Positions 9,220-17,838 of a stretch of DNA of 63,482 bases are shown here, one piece after another. The stretch covers positions 44,620 through 108,101 of the forward strand of contig JBKXSZ010000002.1 of assembly GCA_047017005.1 (NCBI GenBank), in the 5' to 3' direction. Numbering within the stretch: the first letter of the stretch is position 1; each line of letters opens with the position of its first letter. The notes under the pieces were generated by a model that made no database searches, was not told the origin of the DNA, and saw only the letters and a list, made by a program, of their open reading frames with translations. This DNA comes from Clostridia bacterium. Lineage in GTDB: Bacteria; Bacillota; Clostridia; TANB77; CAG-508. The translations under genes and the position numbers were made by a program.

Positions 9220-9322
9220 AATTACATCATCTCCTATATTAGTTATTATACCACATTTTCACTTTAAATTACTATAATTTTTACTATTATCACAAATTTA
9301 TTTTTTACAACTTGTTCAAGCT

Positions 9323-9449
9323 TAAATTTTGTGAGCTTTAGCTTACAAAATTTAATTATAAAAATATGAGCATTAGCAAATATTTTTATAACACGATTAC
9401 AATATTTTATTTATTGAGCATAGTCGAAATAAATTAAATATTAATCGTG
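9323..9449. repeat. three consecutive long hairpins with related loops (GAGCTTTAGCTT / TGAGCATTAGCAAA / GAGCATAGTCG)
   Basis: Stems are TAAATTTTGT/ACAAAATTTA (9323-9354), TATAAAAATA/TATTTTTATA (9357-9390) and CACGATTA...TAATCGTG with inner AT pairing (9392-9449). Confidence 0.6.
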
Positions 9450-9917
9450 CTATAAAAGATAATTGATAAAATTCGCAAGAATTTTATTATTTATCTTTCT
9501 AAAAAAGGGTTGTTAGGGAAAAGGGGGGGCCCTGGCCATACAGAACGTCTGTGACGTTCTAGTATGTTAGAAACTAAAAAAGTTATATTCATGAAAATTC
9601 AGAGGAGATATTTTAATTTAAGTAAGCCTTCGAAGGCTATCTTTAAAAAAGAGGAAATAACACTCAGTTTTATATTGCTCAACTTTTGACAATACCAATT
9701 AATTTGGGTGGAGCAACCACTTTCATTATATTAAATTTCTTTCATTTAATTAATAAAAGTTTGCTAATCTTACCCTTTGGCGGATATAGCCTTCTCTATC
9801 GAAAGTAACCATTTCTCTATATCTTTGTCTATTTCTAATTGTCTCCTAATTAGTTCGCTTATTTCTCCTGGTGTTATCGCCCTATTTACCATGAGAAATC
9901 TTATATCTGTCCATATT

Positions 9918-10268
9918 TCAATTTTTCATAACTTCTTTTGCTTTCAATAGGCAATCAAATTGTTGATTTTTATTTTCTAGCATAAGTGCTTTAATTGTAT
10001 ATTTTTCTACTTCAAGAAGATTTTTGTTCAAATCCTCTTGAACTGAAACTAGACCTTTAGCTATTCCTCTTCTTGTTATTCTATCATTTATGAATATAGC
10101 TAAATCATCTATTTTTATATGTATAGGTGCTTGTCTATTTCTTTGATATATTTCTTGACTTATTTTCTTATTTGCATTGTCTACTTTGGTCTGTGTCCAA
10201 TGATTTTTCTTTGGCTTGTTTTGTTCTTGCATTTTTTCTTTCTTCCAATTTATTTTTATATTGCTCAA
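9918..10268 (-). CDS. hypothetical basic protein
   Basis: 116 aa and rich in K/R/N/Q, with no motif I recognise. The track start is a TTG. An internal ATG (MQEQNKPKK) is an alternative start. Confidence 0.35.
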   Translation of the reverse strand: MSNIKINWKKEKMQEQNKPKKNHWTQTKVDNANKKISQEIYQRNRQAPIHIKIDDLAIFINDRITRRGIAKGLVSVQEDLNKNLLEVEKYTIKALMLENKNQQFDCLLKAKEVMKN

Positions 10269-10355
10269 ACCAAGAACTTCTTACGAAGTTCATCTTGGTT
10301 TGAGCTTTAAGCGTTATTTACATAACGCTTTTTCTGTTTCTAATTTTTTACAAAA

Positions 10356-11336
10356 TTAGAAAGTCGCACTCAAGCGCACGGAGTTGTTGTCATAGACGTC
10401 GTAGTTGCCCATAGAACCGACGCCGAAGAACGCGCTATACGCGTTGTTCGTACCGCTCTGGGCGGAAGACCAATAGTAGCCTTTAAGTCCGTAGTCACCA
10501 CAATTGCCTGCCGTAACTTCCATTTTGGTAAACGCCATATCCCCAAATGTTGCCCATTCTGCTTTGGACGGTACAAACCATTTATTTAAGTCCCATGTCT
10601 TTCCTGCATTATCAGCTTTTTGTATTACTCCCCACATATCTCTATCATCTTGAGGACCATATTTTCCATTTTCACCTTTATTCCACTCTGCTATCATTGT
10701 TGTAGTATTTGTTTTTCCTTGTCCAAAATCATTTGTTGAACTACTTATTGTATTATCTAGTTTTCCAACTGCTGCGGCATACCAACAATAAGATGTTCCT
10801 GGGTTAAAATCTTCTAGTGCCATTACATAAAATCTATCTTTTGTTCCACTTCCTTCTATTGCTGTTAATACTGGTTTTGTCCAGTTATCGCCGAATCCTG
10901 TATAACTATCACTACTTACATAATAACTTTTTAAGCCTTCCGTTACTTGTGAATATTCATAACTAGACCAACTGTTACTATTCCACGTTCCACTTCCTCC
11001 TACTGCTAAATCTGCATATATTATTCCATCAACTGTTCCGTCTGCATTTATATCTGCATAATATCCTACATATGACTCTGTTTTTGAAATATTTTCTACT
11101 GTTTCTTCATTTGGTAAATATCTATTTAATTCACCATATATTTCATTTAACGTATTTAGTTCATTTTGTGTCGCTTGTTCTGATTTGTTTTTCGCTTCTT
11201 GTGTTTTTTCGATTAATCCACTATTGACTGCAAAATATATGGTTACCCCTGCTAAAATAAGTAAAATAATGATTGTTACGACTAATGCAATTAATGTAAT
11301 ACCTTTCCTTTCTTTTAAATTTCCCTTCATTTTCAT
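10356..11336 (-). CDS. type IV pilin-like N-terminus / DUF1566 domain protein; candidate DGR target 2
   Basis: 326 aa. The first 111 aa are identical to the 6725..7672 product and the middle is about 50% identical. The C-terminus WFVPSKAEW...YYWSSAQ...VRLSATF matches the DUF1566 pattern. Confidence 0.8.
   Translation of the reverse strand: MKMKGNLKERKGITLIALVVTIIILLILAGVTIYFAVNSGLIEKTQEAKNKSEQATQNELNTLNEIYGELNRYLPNEETVENISKTESYVGYYADINADGTVDGIIYADLAVGGSGTWNSNSWSSYEYSQVTEGLKSYYVSSDSYTGFGDNWTKPVLTAIEGSGTKDRFYVMALEDFNPGTSYCWYAAAVGKLDNTISSSTNDFGQGKTNTTTMIAEWNKGENGKYGPQDDRDMWGVIQKADNAGKTWDLNKWFVPSKAEWATFGDMAFTKMEVTAGNCGDYGLKGYYWSSAQSGTNNAYSAFFGVGSMGNYDVYDNNSVRLSATF
10359..10493 (-). other. DGR variable-region-like block (VR-like 2)
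   Basis: A GC-rich block colinear with 6728..6862. The GC-rich character continues upstream to about 10560. Confidence 0.6.
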
Positions 11337-11495
11337 TCCTCCTCTGTTTTATTTTTTATATTAAAATTTAATAACTAATTAAACGCAAAAAAGACAGCAA
11401 CAAAAACCTGCTTATTGCAGATTTCTATTACTGTCTTTTTTATTCCATATATTATCAAAGCTATTTTTATAGTAAAGTATAGTGTGCTCTCTCTT
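11005..11495. repeat. direct repeat copy 2 (5' module of the pilin-like gene)
   Basis: See 7341..7826. Confidence 0.85.
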
Positions 11496-11826
11496 ACATC
11501 CATAAGGCTTACGTCGATTGTTCTTTTCATGTTTCTTATCCTCTTTTGTTTATTGTTTATGTTATATATATTTATATTATACAAATCTTCCCATTTTGTC
11601 AATAAACTCTTAAAACTTTTTCATTTATGCTATAAGCATAAAATGTAATTACTTTTGATAATTTATTTTATTTTTTACAATTCTTGCTATTTCGTCTATT
11701 ATAACTTTATTCGTATAATAATACTTATCATATTTACATCCAAAAGCCTTTTCGACCTTTTCTCATCTCTACATTCTAATTTTCTCTAATTTCTTGTTTA
11801 TTTTATAATTGTATTTAATCGTATAT

Positions 11827-13089
11827 CTATTTTTTGTTCCATCCTTCTTTATTTGTTTGTCTTTGTCTTGCAATAGCTAATGAATCATCTGGTACATCAT
11901 CTGTGATAGTAGAGCCAGCAGCTACAAATGTATTTTTACCTAGTGTTACTGGGGCTACTAAGTTGGTGTTAGAACCAATGAAGGAATGCTCTCCAATAAT
12001 AGTTTTACTTTTATTAAATCCATCATAGTTACAAGTAATCGTACCGCAACCTATATTACTTCCTCCACCAATTTCACAATCTCCCATATAAGAAAGATGT
12101 GGCACTTTCGTTCCTTCTCCTATAATTGCTTTTTTAATTTCTACAAAGCTTCCTACTTTTACTCGATTTGCTAATTTACATCCTTCACGGATATAGGCAT
12201 TAGGACCGATTTCACAATTTTCTCCTATAACAACTCCCGATTTAATTGTAGTATTGGGGTGAATTACCGTATCTACTCCAATTTCAACATCATCGTAAAT
12301 ATAGGTATTAGAAGCATCTTCTATAGTAACACCATTTTTCATATGTTCGGTATTGATTCTCATTTTCAAAATTCTTGTTAGCATTTCTAATTGAGCTCTA
12401 TCGTTTACACCTAATATTTCTGTATTATCTTCTACAATAACAGCTCCTGTTTTCAAGCCTTTATCATTCATTATTTTGATAACATCTGTTAAATAATATT
12501 CTCCTTGTACATTGTTTGGTTTAATTTCTTTTAGTGCTTTTAAAAGTTCTGGAATGTCAAAACAATAAATTCCTGCATTAATCTCTTTAATCTCTTTTTG
12601 TTCTTCTGTTGCATCTTTATGTTCTACTATTCCTTTAATATTTCCTCCCTCATCACGTACAATTCTTCCATAACCTGTTGGGTCCTCATAAATTGCGGTA
12701 AGTAAAGTTGCATATTCTTTATTTTCTGTTGATTTTTCAATTAATCTTTTAAGTGTTTCTGGTCTTAAAATAGGAACATCTCCATTTAAAACTACTACCT
12801 TTCCTGTTTTTCCTTCTAAATATTTAGTAGCTTGCATAACAGCATGACCTGTTCCTAACATTTCGTCTTGATATGCATATTTTACTGCATCTCCTAAAAC
12901 TGCTTGCACCTGCTCTTTTGCATATCCTACTATTGTAACAATTTCTGAGCATCCTGCTTTTTCAGCAGTTTCTACTACTCTTTTTACTAGTTCTTTTCCA
13001 TATATTTTATGTACTAATTTTGATTTTTTTGATTTCATTCTTGTTCCTTTTCCTGCTGCCATTACTAATGCAACTACATTCTCTTGCAT
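11827..13089 (-). CDS. glmU: bifunctional UDP-N-acetylglucosamine diphosphorylase / glucosamine-1-phosphate N-acetyltransferase
   Basis: N-terminal LVMAAGKGTRMKS nucleotidyltransferase motif and C-terminal left-handed beta-helix hexapeptide repeats. I prefer the ATG at 13089 (MQENVVALV) to the upstream TTG. Confidence 0.88.
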   Translation of the reverse strand: MQENVVALVMAAGKGTRMKSKKSKLVHKIYGKELVKRVVETAEKAGCSEIVTIVGYAKEQVQAVLGDAVKYAYQDEMLGTGHAVMQATKYLEGKTGKVVVLNGDVPILRPETLKRLIEKSTENKEYATLLTAIYEDPTGYGRIVRDEGGNIKGIVEHKDATEEQKEIKEINAGIYCFDIPELLKALKEIKPNNVQGEYYLTDVIKIMNDKGLKTGAVIVEDNTEILGVNDRAQLEMLTRILKMRINTEHMKNGVTIEDASNTYIYDDVEIGVDTVIHPNTTIKSGVVIGENCEIGPNAYIREGCKLANRVKVGSFVEIKKAIIGEGTKVPHLSYMGDCEIGGGSNIGCGTITCNYDGFNKSKTIIGEHSFIGSNTNLVAPVTLGKNTFVAAGSTITDDVPDDSLAIARQRQTNKEGWNKK

Positions 13090-13279
13090 GAAAATCACCG
13101 TTCCTTTCAAATTTAGAATAGTTTCTTATTTTTCTTTTTTACTATTCTATTATTTCTTTTATTATAATGTGCATTTCTTCTTGGCTTTACAGGGTAATTT
13201 TAACATAAGGAAAAAGATATAGCAAGAAATATGTCATAACTTTTCACAATATGTCAAAATAAGAGGCAACTATTGCCTC

Positions 13280-14758
13280 TTATAGAATAATACAAATTAA
13301 TCCACCACTTCCCTCATTTACAATTCTTTCTAATGTCTCTTGTAATTTTTCTTGTGCATCTTCTGGCATTCTACATAATTTATTTTGTAAACCTTCGTTT
13401 ACTAGTTCATGTAAACTCTTTCCAAAGATATTGGATTCCCATATTTTCTTCGGGTCACTCTCAAATTCAGAAAGTAGATAATTAACTAATTCCTCAGATT
13501 GTTTTTCACTTCCTACAATTGGTGAAACCTCTGTTTCAATATCAGCTCTTATCATGTGAATGGATGGTGCTTTTGCCTTTAATCGAACTCCAAATCGAGA
13601 ACCTTGTTTTACCATCTCTGGCTCATCTAATATTAACTCATCCATTGACGGAGTCACAATTCCATAACCTTTTGCTTTTACTTCTTCTATGGCATAAGCT
13701 ACTTTATCATATTCTCTTTTAACTTGTGCTAAGTTGGTAATAATGGAAAATAAGTCTCCTTCGCTTGTTACTTCTACTCCTGATATTTCTGTTAGAACTT
13801 GATAGAATAGCTCTTCTTTTAATTGAATCGTTATTTCTACACTTCCAGTCCCCAAGTTTATTTCTTCTACCATTGTCTTTTCAATAATTTCTGTTTTTTG
13901 TATCTTGCTAATGCCACCATCAATTTGTTTTAATATCTTTAAATCTTGAAATCCCTCTTTTATTTCTTGATATATTTCTTTCTTTAACCAATGTTGATCC
14001 TCTAATCCATCTACCCATTTAGGAAGGTTAATATTCACTCTTTCAATTGGAAATTCATAAAGAATTTTTCCAAAAATATTCTCTACATCTTCCATATTTA
14101 AGTTTGCACAATCCATTGGTATAACTGCTGTTTGATATTTATCTTCTAGTTTTTTTGCTAATTGTCGTGTATATTCTGTATACGGATCTTCACTATTTAA
14201 CACAATTACAAATGGTTTATTTAATTCTCGTAATTCTTTTACTACTCTCTCTTCCGCTTCAATATAGTCTTCCCTTGGAATATCGGTAATACTTCCATCT
14301 GTTGTAATTAATACTCCTATTGTAGAATGTTCTTGAATTACTTTTTTCGTACCAATTTCTGCTGCTTGCTCAAAAGGAATTTCTTCCTCTGACCAAGGAG
14401 TTTTTACCATTCTTGGCATATCATCTTCCAAATAGCCAATTGCGTTATTTACTAAATATCCAACACAATCCACTAATCGTGTTTTTAATTTTAAATTATC
14501 ACCCACCGTAATCTCTACCGCTTCATTTGGTATAAATTTTGGTTCTGTTGTCATAATCGTTCTTCCTGCCGCACTTTGTGGTAATTCATCTCTTGCTCTT
14601 TCTCTTTTATATTCATTCTCTATATTTGGAATAACTAACAAATCCATAAATCTCTTAATGAATGTAGACTTACCTGTTCTAACTGGCCCCACAACTCCCA
14701 CATAGATATCACCTTCCGTACGGTTTGCAATATCTTGATATAACCCTAAATTTTCCAT
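13280..14758 (-). CDS. spoIVA: stage IV sporulation protein A
   Basis: 492 aa. DIYVGVVGPVRTGKSTFIKRFM Walker A and the conserved C-terminus ...GSGGLICIIL. Confidence 0.92.
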   Translation of the reverse strand: MENLGLYQDIANRTEGDIYVGVVGPVRTGKSTFIKRFMDLLVIPNIENEYKRERARDELPQSAAGRTIMTTEPKFIPNEAVEITVGDNLKLKTRLVDCVGYLVNNAIGYLEDDMPRMVKTPWSEEEIPFEQAAEIGTKKVIQEHSTIGVLITTDGSITDIPREDYIEAEERVVKELRELNKPFVIVLNSEDPYTEYTRQLAKKLEDKYQTAVIPMDCANLNMEDVENIFGKILYEFPIERVNINLPKWVDGLEDQHWLKKEIYQEIKEGFQDLKILKQIDGGISKIQKTEIIEKTMVEEINLGTGSVEITIQLKEELFYQVLTEISGVEVTSEGDLFSIITNLAQVKREYDKVAYAIEEVKAKGYGIVTPSMDELILDEPEMVKQGSRFGVRLKAKAPSIHMIRADIETEVSPIVGSEKQSEELVNYLLSEFESDPKKIWESNIFGKSLHELVNEGLQNKLCRMPEDAQEKLQETLERIVNEGSGGLICIIL

Positions 14759-14962
14759 CTATCCTTTACCTCCTAAAAAATGTTTGTACAAATTTAACTT
14801 TACTAAATGTATATTAGCTATTCCTTTGCTTTATTCCATCTTTTTTTATATTTTAAAAGTGTTTTTCTTCTATAGCTATTTTTATAAATTTGTTTTCTTT
14901 TCTTTTTCCATATATATGGCTAATTATTTCATTTTAGAACAAACTTTTTTTCTATTTTAACT

Positions 14963-15000
14963 AAAAAAAACCACACTCTCTTTATAATAAGAAAGTGTGG
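14963..15000 (-). terminator. intrinsic terminator after 15009..15731
   Basis: CCACACT...AGTGTGG stem, followed by an 8-nt T run on the minus strand. Confidence 0.6.
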
Positions 15001-15008
15001 TAAGGAGT

Positions 15009-15731
15009 TTAATCAAAGGTACGTATCGGTTCAAAAGACCAAGCTTTAATGGTCATATCTATAAGTTCCTTAGCATTTATATACTGAACCCTTATAGAGC
15101 TGACAGTATCTGTTACTACAAATTTGTCTTCCTTTACTCCCCAGATAAGAACAGCTTGATTTCCTTTATGGCTCAAACCTCTTTGAAATTTCTTTACAGG
15201 AACAAGACACAATACTGGCTTATCTGTAAAAAGAGATTGCAGTATTTCTGTTGCATTTGATAACATTTTACTCTTGATATCATATTCCAGTTCCAAAATG
15301 GTATCCATTGCCATATGATGAACCCCAGCCCCATTAATTCGCATCTTTCTTTTTACAATTTTTTTACCTAGCTGCAATAACGAGACCTCTTTTTGGTAAT
15401 ATTGTAAAATGCTATGTAGCGCAATCAGACAGGTTCCACCATTATATACGGTAAGATATTTCTTTTCCCGTTTGTGTCCTTTATTCAAAACCTTGCAGCT
15501 AGTCTGGTCAAAACGTATTTGTTTCATTGCAATTCGTCTTTGACAAAAGCGTTTTTTTGGAATGTTCAATTGAAAACTTTTGCTTGTTGGAAATAACTTA
15601 AAACTTTCTTTACTCCTAAAAAAACAGTCTTGAATATTTTTTACTTCTTTGCCGTACGCTTTCCAAATTTGTCCGTCAATATTCCCATACCGAAGCTCCT
15701 TTGGGTTAATACCTGCTAGTGATTTTATCAT
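15009..15731 (-). CDS. hypothetical protein with a possible C39-like/papain-like cysteine peptidase fold
   Basis: 240 aa. NGGTCLIALHSILQYY resembles the catalytic-Cys helix of C39-type peptidases, and there is a later H...AVLIWG..D segment. Motif support is weak. Confidence 0.35.
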   Translation of the reverse strand: MIKSLAGINPKELRYGNIDGQIWKAYGKEVKNIQDCFFRSKESFKLFPTSKSFQLNIPKKRFCQRRIAMKQIRFDQTSCKVLNKGHKREKKYLTVYNGGTCLIALHSILQYYQKEVSLLQLGKKIVKRKMRINGAGVHHMAMDTILELEYDIKSKMLSNATEILQSLFTDKPVLCLVPVKKFQRGLSHKGNQAVLIWGVKEDKFVVTDTVSSIRVQYINAKELIDMTIKAWSFEPIRTFD

Positions 15732-16022
15732 GATGAAATTCCTCCTTTTTCTGTTAATAGCCTAGCACGCTATGTATATAGTATATCATAGTTATGTATA
15801 CTTTTCAAATTACGCAAAAGTTGATACCTAGAAAAGTACTTCATAATCTTTTTCTTCAATTTTCTCATAAACATATCCAACCTAAACCATTTACAATTTT
15901 TGCTTTATTCTTTTTAATCTTATGTTAAGTTTTATTTCTTTGTTTTATTCATTTTTATGGATATTTTTCTATTTTTTGAAAATACTATACCAAAGAAGAA
16001 ATAAATAAGAAAGGTGATACAA

Positions 16023-17820
16023 ATGTCTAAAACAAAAACCGATGGAATGCAAGAAAAAGAAATTAAAAAGTTAAAAGAAAAAAATTCTATCCGTTCTCTT
16101 TTCTCTCGTCTTTTTTTCTATCACCCTCATATAGAATATGACTTTACCCTACCACAAAACGATGAAGAAAGAATAACAATTAACCCACAAAATGCAAAAA
16201 AAGAAGAATCTTCTAAGGAAGCATCTAAAGAAACACCAAAAATTTATACCAGTTTAGATGTCAACTTAGAATATATGAAAGTACAATATAACAGTATGAT
16301 TAATAGTGATATTATTATTCGCCCTTTTACTTTAATTGCAAGAAACAAACAATATCATGCCTTTATTATGTACATTGATGGGATGGTAGATTCCAAAACA
16401 ATTAACGATTTTTTATTAGAACCTTTGATGCTTCGTAACCGTGCTAATATTTATGATACTAATTCTGATAATGTTGTATCCAGTGCTGTTAGTAATAACA
16501 TAACCGTTCGTAAAGTAAAACGTTTTAATTTAGTAGATTACGTCTTTACTTCTCTTATGCCACAAAATAGTGTAAAGATGTCATCCGATTTTGATGAAAT
16601 TATTAGTGGTATCAACTCCGGAAATTGCGCACTTTTTATTGATACGATTGATACTGCATTTGATATTGAAGTAAAAGGATTTAAACAAAGAAGTGTTGAT
16701 ACTCCTAATAATGAAATTGTTATTCGCGGTTCACAAGAAGCCTTTAATGAAATTATTCGTACTAATACCTCAATGCTTCGAAGATTAATTAATAATGAAA
16801 ATCTAATAATTGAAAATATTGAAGTAGGTGCTTTGAGTAAAACAAAATGTGCTATATGTTATATGAAAAATATAGCAAATGATGATTTAGTTGCAGAAGT
16901 AAAATATCGTTTAAATAATGTTGATGTTGATTATTTGATTTCTTCTGGTCAATTAGAGCAACTAATTGAAGATAAAAGTTCTTCTAGTCTTCCTCAGGTT
17001 TTAGCTACAGAAAGGCCAGATAAAGCTTCTAACTATCTACTAGAAGGTCGTGTTGTAGTTATTGTAAATGGTAGTCCTTATGTTTTAATTATGCCCGGTA
17101 CTTTTTTGGATTTTATCGCTTCTCCAGAAGATATTAATCTAAAATATCAATTTGCTAATTTATTAAAATTAATACGTTTATTTGCCATTGTTATAACCCT
17201 TCTTCTTCCAGGAATTTATGTTGCAATTACTACTTTTCATCAAGAACTTATACCAACAGAACTTCTTTTTGCTATTGTTGCTTCCCGTGAATCGGTTCCT
17301 TTCCCTGTTATTTCTGAGATTATCGTAATGGAATTGTCTTTTGAACTGATTCGAGAAGCTGGAATTCGAGTTCCCTCTCCTATTGGTCCAACAATAGGAA
17401 TTGTCGGTGCGTTAGTTCTTCGGACAAGCTGCTGTGGATGCCAGTATTGTAAGTCCTATTTTGATTATTTTAGTTGCTATTACTGCCATTTCTTCTTTTG
17501 CTATACCCGATTTTTCTCTCAGCTTTCACTTTCGAATTGCCCGTTTTGCTTATATCCTATTAGCATTTTTCTGTGGCTTTCTCGGTATAGCATTAGGTCT
17601 GTTTGTTCATCTAGCACTTCTTGTCAGTATGAAATCTTTTGGAGTACCTTATTTAGCACCTTATGCACCTATTACCAATGTAACCACAAAAGGTTTCTTC
17701 CTAAAACCTATTTGGAAACGTGAAAAAAGAGCTACCTTCCTAGATACGAAACAAATGAAAAAACAAGAACCAATCAGTCGTAAATGGAAATATCAATCAA
17801 CAAAACAAAATACACCTTAA
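16023..17820 (+). pseudogene. gerAA: spore germination protein, GerA-family A subunit, interrupted by a +1 frameshift
   Basis: Conserved GerAA body. At 17421 the reading GALVL-RTSCCGCQ becomes GALVLGQAAVDASIVSPILIILVAITAISSF (= ORF 17434..17820) if the C in CTT-C-GGA is removed. Start ATG is at 16023 with a GAAAGGTG RBS. Confidence 0.8.
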
Positions 17821-17838
17821 AGGAGGAAAGAATATTTT

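Noticed and set aside
9770-9892. 40-aa minus-strand ORF (MVNRAITPGEISELIRRQLEIDKDIEKWLLSIEKAISAKG) downstream of 9918..10268.
   Set aside because: It has no convincing RBS and is too short to assign. It may be a fragment of a decayed gene, so it is not called as a feature.
10370-10576. 68-aa ORF on the minus strand inside the 3' end of pilin-like gene 2.
   Set aside because: It is an alternative frame of the GC-rich VR-like block. High GC removes stop codons, the product has no RBS, and it looks like a frame artefact (Arg/Thr/Ala-rich).
17434-17820. 128-aa ORF as an independent gene.
   Set aside because: It is the out-of-frame C-terminal continuation of gerAA (conserved ...VDASIVSPILIILVAITAISSF...), so it is merged into the frameshifted gerAA call.
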